NCBI GenBank assembly: GCA_013215275.1
Contig: JABSRF010000003.1
Coordinates: 1 to 56,220 of the forward strand
Source of the DNA: Oligoflexales bacterium
Lineage (GTDB): Bacteria > Bdellovibrionota_B > Oligoflexia > Oligoflexales > Bog-1112
Direction: 5' to 3'
DNA: 56,220 nt
The notes below the pieces were generated by a model. It saw only the letters and a list, made by a program, of their open reading frames with translations. It ran no database searches and had not been told where the DNA came from. The position numbers were made by a program, and so were the translations under genes. Position 1 is the first letter of the stretch; the number at the start of each line of letters is the position of its first letter. Shown here piece after piece: positions 50,321-56,220 of this stretch.

Positions 50321-50535
50321 CAGCTTATAACACTGCGGACTAAGGTGGGTTAGAGCGATCTTCTTGGCCCGCTTAGAAACACCTATCATAATTAAGGGAG
50401 ACTTTATAATGGCTAATGAAGGGAGCGTTGCGCGATTAAGGGCAACCTAGTGTCAACCTGCAACTGACCGTGCAGGTCGATGGAAATCCAAAATCCTGCT
50501 TGTGGTAAATTCGAAAAGTGGATAAAAAAAAGAAG

Positions 50536-50622
50536 TGGTGCGAAGAGAGGGGCTTGAACCCTCACCCCGTTGCCAGGACTAGGCCCTCAACCTAGCGCGT
50601 CTACCAATTTCGCCACCTTCGC
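50536..50622 (-). tRNA. leuU: tRNA-Leu (anticodon GAG), type II with long variable arm, CCA encoded
   Basis: Minus strand reads GCGAAGGTGGCGAAATTGGTAGACGCGCTAGGTTGAGGGCCTAG...GAGGGTTCAAGCCCCTCTCTTCGCACCA. The cloverleaf folds, with anticodon loop TTGAGGG. A T8 run follows. Confidence 0.9.
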
Positions 50623-50647
50623 ATAAGATATGTAAAGCACGAAGTGC

Positions 50648-51163
50648 TTATTTATTTTCTTGCTCTTGAGCGCCTTCCGGCTCTGTAACCTTAGGCTCTT
50701 CAGAATCGGCTTTTGCATCTTCAGACTTAGCATCATCTTTAGCAGGCTCTGCATCAGAAGCATCATCACCAGGAGCATCTACGCTTTGATCGGCTGATTC
50801 ATCTGCCTTCTCTGTGTCGCTAGACTCTTGCTTATCAGCTGCAGGAGTTTTCTTGCTCTCTTGAGGATTAGCTTTTTCTCCAGCTTTCTCTTCGTTAAGA
50901 GCCTTAAGCCTCTCACTCATCCCTACGTCGCCACCCTTACCCTGCATGATAGCAAGAGATACAGATGTAGCCATAAAGATCATTGCTGCTGCGTAGGTTA
51001 GCTTACCTAAAAAGGTCGTTGCACCCGAAGCGCCGAAGACTCCTTGAGAGTTACCACCGCCAAAAGCTGCTCCCACACCACCTTTGTTACCGCCTTGTAC
51101 CAGCACAACCAAGATCATAAACAGAGCAACAATTACGTGAACTATGGTTACCAATGTCTCCAT
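50648..51163 (-). CDS. secG: preprotein translocase subunit SecG with a roughly 95-aa acidic C-terminal extension
   Basis: The N-terminal 75 aa are typical SecG: two TM helices and a Gly-rich loop (LVQGGNKGGVGAAFGGGNSQGVFGASG). The tail is rich in D, E, K and A. Confidence 0.85.
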   Translation of the reverse strand: METLVTIVHVIVALFMILVVLVQGGNKGGVGAAFGGGNSQGVFGASGATTFLGKLTYAAAMIFMATSVSLAIMQGKGGDVGMSERLKALNEEKAGEKANPQESKKTPAADKQESSDTEKADESADQSVDAPGDDASDAEPAKDDAKSEDAKADSEEPKVTEPEGAQEQENK

Positions 51164-51209
51164 ATGAACGGCTTTCCTAACACCCGGAAGTGGATTGGAT
51201 AAAAAAAGA

Positions 51210-51285
51210 TGGTGGCACCTCCCGGATTTGAACCGGGGACACGTGGATTTTCAGTCCACTGCTCTACCAACTGAGCTAAAGCGCC
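51210..51285 (-). tRNA. tRNA-Phe (anticodon GAA), CCA encoded
   Basis: Minus strand reads GGCGCTTTAGCTCAGTTGGTAGAGCAGTGGACTGAAAATCCACGTGTCCCCGGTTCAAATCCGGGAGGTGCCACCA (76 nt). It folds as a cloverleaf with two G-U pairs in the acceptor stem. Confidence 0.9.
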
Positions 51286-51304
51286 GTACCATGTAAGGGT
51301 TTTC

Positions 51305-51333
51305 TATTTACGACGATCCGGTATTTTCGTCAA
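51305..51333 (-). promoter_or_regulatory. promoter for the tRNA-Phe / secG / tRNA-Leu unit
   Basis: Minus strand reads TTGACG-17 nt-TAAATA. The -10 ends 19 nt before the mature tRNA-Phe 5' end. Confidence 0.55.
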
Positions 51334-51464
51334 TGATGATTATGCTTTTTTTCTAAAAAAAGATCCATAGATCATGGCAAGACCATGCTAAAACTGGTAT
51401 ATATGGTGCCAAGGCATACGCCCGCCGTGAACACAAGCAACTGATTTAACAGGAATAAATTCCC

Positions 51465-52304
51465 ATGACATCCGCTTCAAAACCAGTTATTATCGCCGGC
51501 CCATGTATGGCAGAGTCGCCGGACATTATGGATTCCGTCGCTGCTCGCCTTTCAAAGCTGGCTGAGAGCCTCGGCTTTACCTTCTACTTTAAGGCAAGCT
51601 TTGATAAGGCAAACCGCTCTTCTATCAACAGTTACCGCGGACCTGGGCTAGAAGAGTCCCTTCCCTGGTTCAAAGAAATCAAAGCCAAGTACGGCTGTCG
51701 ATTGATCACTGACATTCATGAGCCACACCAGGCAGCTACCGCAGCCGAAGTTTTTGACGCGCTGCAAATACCCGCCTTTCTTTGCCGGCAGACTGACCTT
51801 CTCGTGGCAGCCGTCGCAACTGGAAGGATGGTAAACATAAAGAAGGGTCAGTTTATGTCACCTGACTCCATGCGCAATATTGCTGACAAGGTTAGGCAAA
51901 CTTGTGAACAAAACGACCTTGAATTAAATGCAAGCCTGACCGAAAGAGGCACTTCTTTTGGCTACGGAGACCTTTTGGTGGACATGCGTTCTTTTCCAAT
52001 GATGGCTAATTTTGGCTTGCCGCTTATCTTTGATGTCACCCATAGCACCCAGACCCCTCCAACTGGAGACGCCAAAACTTCTGGTGCAAACCGTAAGTTT
52101 GCTCCCATCTTAGCGCGCAGCGCCGCAGCAACCGGTTGCTTGGATGGCTTTTTCATCGAAGTCCACCCAGAGCCCTCGAAGGCCAAGAGTGACGCAGCAG
52201 CCCAGCTTAATATCGAGCAGGCGGAAGCTTTGATTTCTCAACTAGTACCCATTTGGAAGGATGCTAAAAAATGGCGAGAGTTGGATTCCAAGTTTGAGAG
52301 CTAA
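51465..52304 (+). CDS. kdsA: 3-deoxy-8-phosphooctulonate (KDO8P) synthase
   Basis: 279 aa (IAGPCMAES, FKASFDKANRSS, ALQIPAFLCRQTDLL, DVTHS). It is an LPS pathway marker. Confidence 0.93.
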   Translation: MTSASKPVIIAGPCMAESPDIMDSVAARLSKLAESLGFTFYFKASFDKANRSSINSYRGPGLEESLPWFKEIKAKYGCRLITDIHEPHQAATAAEVFDALQIPAFLCRQTDLLVAAVATGRMVNIKKGQFMSPDSMRNIADKVRQTCEQNDLELNASLTERGTSFGYGDLLVDMRSFPMMANFGLPLIFDVTHSTQTPPTGDAKTSGANRKFAPILARSAAATGCLDGFFIEVHPEPSKAKSDAAAQLNIEQAEALISQLVPIWKDAKKWRELDSKFES

Positions 52305-52319
52305 AGGTTGATTTCGTCT

Positions 52320-52450
52320 GTCACCACTGTCACCGCCATATCGTGGTCAGGTGGCCAACCAAACCGTCACCACCATATCGTAGTCAGGCCGCCAACCAAA
52401 CCGTCACCACCACGCGATGTTTACGAAGTAAATATCGTGGTTAGGTGGTC
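52320..52450. repeat. 37-bp tandem repeat: two full units, a partial unit, and a degenerate interrupted third unit
   Basis: Units are GTCACCGCCATATCGTGGTCAGGTGGCCAACCAAACC (52329-52365) and GTCACCACCATATCGTAGTCAGGCCGCCAACCAAACC (52366-52402). A third unit is interrupted by about 19 nt. The array lies in the convergent kdsA/TVP38 intergenic region. Confidence 0.75.
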
Positions 52451-52458
52451 TTTGCACA

Positions 52459-52570
52459 AGATTCCCTTACCCTCGCTTCGCTCGGGGGAATGACAGCTGG
52501 TCAGTGCTTCCTTATCTGAGATTCCCTTACCCTCGTTTCGCTCGGGACAGTTGGTCAAGGTGGTCTCAGA
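52459..52570. repeat. 60-bp direct repeat (about 1.7 copies) of a REP-like element
   Basis: AGATTCCCTTACCCTCG(C/T)TTCGCTCGGG...ACAG(C/T)TGGTCA occurs at 52459 and 52519. Copy 1 carries ATTCCC...GGGAAT inverted arms. A 26-nt core recurs inverted at 56120-56145. Confidence 0.75.
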
Positions 52571-52589
52571 AATTTACTGCATTCATTTA

Positions 52590-53336
52590 TTACGAAGCCT
52601 TCGAGCTATCATCACTCTGCTCCACCTCATCGCCACCAAGCCCTTTTTTCTTCTTAAGAAAGCCCGTAATCTTTTTAGCGATCAGTGGAAAAACCCCTAA
52701 TAAGACAAAGGAAAATAGTAGGGTCGGCGACAATATTCCTTTCAAGGAAGTGATCTCAGCGATTTGCGTCCCTGCGTTTACGTACACCGCGGTCCCAGCC
52801 AGCATCCCCAGCTGGCTTACAAAGAAAAAGGTTGCTGTCTTAATGGGCGTCAGGCCCATAGCAAGGTTTATGACGAAAAATGGAAACAGAGGCACCAACC
52901 TTAGAGTAAAAAGGTAGAACGCCCCTTCTGCTTCGACCCCTTTGTTAATCTTCTCTAGCTTGTCACCAAACTTCTCCTGAACCCAGTCTCTAAGTAGAAA
53001 ACGCGCAGTCAAGAAGGCTAGGGTAGCTCCAATGGTGCTAGCAAATGAGACCATAATGGTCCCCATAACAAGCCCGAATAAAGCTCCACCTGCTAGCGTC
53101 ATAACCGCCGCACCCGGCACTGACAAAGCGGTGACGGCTATGTAGACCCCCATATATGTGAGGACAGCACTTAAGGTGTTTTGCTCTATGTATGCTTGTA
53201 GGCTTTCTCTTTGCTCCTTGAGATAACCTAGGGTCAGGTACTTACCTAAATCGAAGTAGAAGAATGAAAACAAAGCAACGGCAACCACACATATTACGAT
53301 GACCTTAATCATCGGCGATGATTTTGGTTTACTCAT
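52590..53336 (-). CDS. TVP38/TMEM64 family (DedA-related) inner-membrane protein
   Basis: 248 aa, multi-TM, with a family-typical segment (SVPGAAVMTLAGGALFG...FLTARFLLRDWV...LRLVPLFPFFVINLAMGLT). Confidence 0.8.
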   Translation of the reverse strand: MSKPKSSPMIKVIVICVVAVALFSFFYFDLGKYLTLGYLKEQRESLQAYIEQNTLSAVLTYMGVYIAVTALSVPGAAVMTLAGGALFGLVMGTIMVSFASTIGATLAFLTARFLLRDWVQEKFGDKLEKINKGVEAEGAFYLFTLRLVPLFPFFVINLAMGLTPIKTATFFFVSQLGMLAGTAVYVNAGTQIAEITSLKGILSPTLLFSFVLLGVFPLIAKKITGFLKKKKGLGGDEVEQSDDSSKAS

Positions 53337-53553
53337 AAATATTTCCTATACAAAAGGATTACACAACAGGTCTCTCTTTAATCTTAACTCAATTTCTTGC
53401 AGGGTGTGACCCACCTTCACAGAGCCCATTGCTCATCAAGAAGTATCAACAAAGTTACTGGAAAGAGGTGGAAAAACAAGCACATCAGAAGTTTAGGTGG
53501 ATTTCACCTTTTGTTTTCTTCATAGTTTTTGAGTTAGCTTAGCTTTGAAATTC

Positions 53554-54744
53554 TTACATAATCTTGCGCGGAGGCTTGCCATCGAGGAGTAATGAAGCCA
53601 TCCACAGAAAGTCGACTCCGCTATACTGTCGGGTGCAGTCCTGGGATGGATGATACTCGATAGAGTCTCTCTGCCACAGGTAGTCAGCACGACGGTGACA
53701 GTTTTGCGGCAGGCTATCATCTGGAAACTGGGGCATCGACAATAGCTCTTCGAGCATCGCTACCTGAACCCGCTTATCATAAACTCCACCAAGCTTAAGG
53801 CGAAGCCACTTAAAGAATAGATTTTTATGGTCCACCTCAAACAGCTGCTGAGCCAGCCACATCTTCCGTTGTTGGTACATATTATGAATGGTGAATGGGC
53901 TCAGCACATTTGCGACCTCCCACAACACACTACGAGGGCCCCGCCATAAACCCTTCTCCTGATAGAGGGACTGCACCTCCAACTCTAACCATAGGTGAAG
54001 CGCCAATAAATGGGAGGTATAACCACGTTTGGTAAAAAGGGTATCAAACTCAAACGTTGAAAAACCACGCTCTATGATTGGAGGCTGCTCTTCGATGTCA
54101 TAAAAGATCGACATTCTTCGCAGTGTTTCAGCAAGACCGGGCGTTAAAAAACTGACATGGATAGGCCCATCATCAAAATAACCATCATTGACGTCCACAT
54201 AGGCGAAAAATTGCTCAATGGTTTTATCACTATTGGGAGGTGATTGACTCAGGGCTATCATCAAGCCCAAGATCATATCTCTCGATGTCCAGTGATCACA
54301 GGTGGGGTGCCTTTGCCATTTTCCAAGCTTATGAGACTTTTTTATGCTTTTCCAAGCATTCATTGCCTTCTTTTCGTAGCCGAGTTTTTTAAGGGATACA
54401 TAACGGATTGAAGAGAACAAGAGGCTGTCGCATACGTCCCTAACCTTACCATCAAGCAGCTCTCGGTTTACGATCATACCATCTAAGGTATGTTTTTTCG
54501 CGATTTCACTCTCGTAAAACAAGACCCTTTTGTGTAGCTGCTCTTCAAGCTCCTGATAGCGAAGCTCATCATAGGTCATGGCATTTGCGACCATACCTTT
54601 TAGCAGGGCATTGGAATGGGAAAGATTACGGCTATTTTGTATCACTTGGGTGATAGCAATCACAGCCAGTAGACCGAGAAACACTGGCAGAAAGCCTCTT
54701 AAGATACAAATCACAATTCCCAAGATAAGAACCTCCCTTATCAT
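53554..54744 (-). CDS. membrane-anchored protein of unknown function
   Basis: 396 aa with one N-terminal TM (ILGIVICILRGFLPVFLGLLAVIAI). The rest is helical and rich in W, H and Y. No family recognised. Confidence 0.55.
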   Translation of the reverse strand: MIREVLILGIVICILRGFLPVFLGLLAVIAITQVIQNSRNLSHSNALLKGMVANAMTYDELRYQELEEQLHKRVLFYESEIAKKHTLDGMIVNRELLDGKVRDVCDSLLFSSIRYVSLKKLGYEKKAMNAWKSIKKSHKLGKWQRHPTCDHWTSRDMILGLMIALSQSPPNSDKTIEQFFAYVDVNDGYFDDGPIHVSFLTPGLAETLRRMSIFYDIEEQPPIIERGFSTFEFDTLFTKRGYTSHLLALHLWLELEVQSLYQEKGLWRGPRSVLWEVANVLSPFTIHNMYQQRKMWLAQQLFEVDHKNLFFKWLRLKLGGVYDKRVQVAMLEELLSMPQFPDDSLPQNCHRRADYLWQRDSIEYHPSQDCTRQYSGVDFLWMASLLLDGKPPRKIM

Positions 54745-55008
54745 CCTTTCTAAGTATCGGAAATTGCGCGTATTTATTGATAATTTAAAAATATTTTTAT
54801 TTAATGACTAAAATAATTGGATTTTATCGGACCCCAGAACGACTTATCACACTGACAAAGAACCCAAATTAGGCAATTTTTATAGGTAATAATTGGTCTT
54901 TGAATCGTTTTTCAGTGGCAATATTTCAGTGCAATTAAGGCGAGAACATACTATAACCAAGCCCGAGGTAGCGAGCTTTAGTGGATAAAAAGCAACTAAC
55001 AGGGGGCA

Positions 55009-56091
55009 TTGCATATGAAAAAAAGCCAAGGCATTTTGTACTTTTTCGTAGCCTTGACACTCAGTGTGACCTTTCACAGTGACAAAACCCATGCAGGAAA
55101 CTGGTGCAGCTCCACACAGGCAGTTGAAGACCAAGTGATTGGACCCGAGTGTGCATCCTATGACCCAGATGGCTTAAAAAATACAGTTAATGAGCTTCGT
55201 AGCTATTTGGTCTTTTTAAAAGACCAAGACGTCAACTGGAACCTGAGCACCCTATCCTTGCTGGGAAAATTTTTAAAAGACTACCGGATTCAAGAAAGCA
55301 TTTGGCTCCTCAATCGTCACCAGAAATTTGATGTTGCAGACCTGCTTGAGTATCAACTCAAGCAGGTGCTGATGTGTGCCCCTGAAGCCAAAAAAGAGCC
55401 ACTTGGAGGGGGAGCGACACAAACATGGTTGATTAGCTTTGACCATGGAGTCGAATCCGAGCAGCAAATTCGAGCTGTGTATAAGCCTCACCAAGCGAAC
55501 CTTTCATCCCATGTAGGCTCTGAAGTTGCGACCTATCTAGTGGATAGGTTTCTTAAAACTGACCTTGTGCCATTGACCATCTCAAGGAACTTGGACGGCC
55601 CAAAGGCGGGATCACTACAGTATTTTATCAAGGGGGCTGTCAAGATGTCCGATCCCAGCCTACCAGAGGAGCACAAGCACAAAACATCTAGAATGTACTT
55701 GCTTGACTTTCTCACTAAAAACATCGATCGAGGCGACTATTTCTCAGAAAAAAAAATTAAGTTTGAGTACAACTACCTCTACCTTCCGAGCTTGAATCAG
55801 TTAATAGCAATCGACAATAGCTGGGCCTTACGGGGCAACTACTTTCCAGCAAAGGTAAAAGGCTACTGGGTTGATAAGCGCCACAAATACGAAAAGAAGT
55901 ATTCCTTTCCCAAAGACCAGGTTCCAGATCCTATCTTCTACACCCGGGTCAAAAACTTGGATGAGGAGATCCTCCATGAAACTCTTGATGGTATTATCAG
56001 CGATACTGCGATCAATAAGATCTTAAAGCGACAGCCTAAAGTTCTGGGAGCATTTGAAAAGGCTGAAAATTTTGAAATGCCTGTGGGATAA
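55009..56091 (+). CDS. secreted PI3/PI4-kinase-like (type II PI4K-like fold) protein
   Basis: 360 aa with a signal peptide (ILYFFVALTLSVTFHSDKTHA). Motifs are IRAVYKP (lysine motif), SEVATYLVDRFLKTDLVPLT, GSLQYFI, LLDFLTKNIDRGDYF (catalytic-loop-like) and LIAIDNSWAL (DFG-equivalent). Confidence 0.6.
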   Translation: MHMKKSQGILYFFVALTLSVTFHSDKTHAGNWCSSTQAVEDQVIGPECASYDPDGLKNTVNELRSYLVFLKDQDVNWNLSTLSLLGKFLKDYRIQESIWLLNRHQKFDVADLLEYQLKQVLMCAPEAKKEPLGGGATQTWLISFDHGVESEQQIRAVYKPHQANLSSHVGSEVATYLVDRFLKTDLVPLTISRNLDGPKAGSLQYFIKGAVKMSDPSLPEEHKHKTSRMYLLDFLTKNIDRGDYFSEKKIKFEYNYLYLPSLNQLIAIDNSWALRGNYFPAKVKGYWVDKRHKYEKKYSFPKDQVPDPIFYTRVKNLDEEILHETLDGIISDTAINKILKRQPKVLGAFEKAENFEMPVG

Positions 56092-56100
56092 ATTCCTGTT

Positions 56101-56200
56101 ATTCCCCCGAGCAAGTGTCTGTCATTCCCCCGAGCGAAGCGAAGGGCGGATTGCTAGATTAAGTGCAGAAGAAAAATTTTCATCGCTTCGCAGGGCGACT
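56101..56200. repeat. REP-like repeat cluster, in inverted orientation relative to 52459-52570
   Basis: ATTCCCCCGAGC occurs twice (56101, 56124). TGTCATTCCCCCGAGCGAAGCGAAGG (56120-56145) is the reverse complement of 52470-52495 with one mismatch. A further TCGCTTCGC core lies at 56183-56191. Confidence 0.65.
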
Positions 56201-56220
56201 TTAGATAACCTGTGATACGA

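Noticed and set aside
50409-50450. A 13-codon mini-ORF (MANEGSVARLRAT) with a perfect AAGGGAG SD on the plus strand.
   Set aside because: It runs opposite to all flanking transcription and is very short. The SD-like motif recurs in the spacer (aagggag twice, plus aagggca) and is better read as CUCCCUU on the minus strand. It remains only a remote possibility.
52320-52570. The repeat region, considered as a CRISPR array.
   Set aside because: Units abut directly with no unique spacers of regular length. There are only 2-3 copies of two different units, and no cas genes in the window.
52308-52917. Plus-strand ORFs of 61 aa and 137 aa after kdsA.
   Set aside because: The first is a translation of the 37-bp tandem repeats. 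The second is a translation of the REP-like repeats running antisense into the TVP38 gene. Both are repeat-driven artefacts.
53344-53542. A plus-strand frame reading …LILTQFLAGCDPPSQ…, which looks like a lipoprotein signal and lipobox.
   Set aside because: There is no ATG, GTG or TTG start codon between the upstream in-frame stop and the putative lipobox, so it cannot be translated as such.

Overview
This 56.2-kb chromosomal window comes from a Gram-negative bacterium; kdsA implies LPS. The zinc-type S14, very long IF2, type IV pilus genes, PilZ protein and many secreted orphans resemble Bdellovibrionota or delta-proteobacteria-like lineages. That lineage call is inference only.

About 60% of the window is conserved minus-strand housekeeping:
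- ruvB-ruvA.
- metK-truB-rbfA-infB-nusA-rimP, read here in coordinate order; transcription runs rimP to metK.
- A 14-kb ribosomal-protein supercluster, transcribed from rpsJ through secY-adk-infA-rpmJ-rpsM-rpsK-rpoA to rplQ.
- guaC, and a tRNA-Phe / secG / tRNA-Leu(GAG) unit.

On the plus strand are kdsA, ihfA, a PduO-type adenosyltransferase and pilB-pilT-pilC.

Between these lie accessory blocks of mostly unrecognisable secreted or membrane proteins:
- A secreted S1-protease-like giant, divergent from a TPR regulator with two winged-helix domains.
- An orphan operon (signal-peptide 344-aa protein, 903-aa secreted protein, 4-TM PilZ protein). Its PilZ gene is broken in a T8 tract that also forms a U_UUU_UUC slippery heptamer.
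- A GldA/F/G-like ABC module with DUF4340 and an acidic TPR lipoprotein.
- A three-gene block (TVP38, a 396-aa orphan, a secreted PI3/4-kinase-like protein) bracketed by REP-like repeats.

Synteny anomalies: rplX is missing between rplN and rplE, and rpsD is missing between rpsK and rpoA. I saw no rRNA, CRISPR array, IS element or prophage.

The best candidate for an undescribed system is the 31.3-36.1 kb PilZ-terminated envelope operon. All family calls come from motif recognition by eye, not from database searches.
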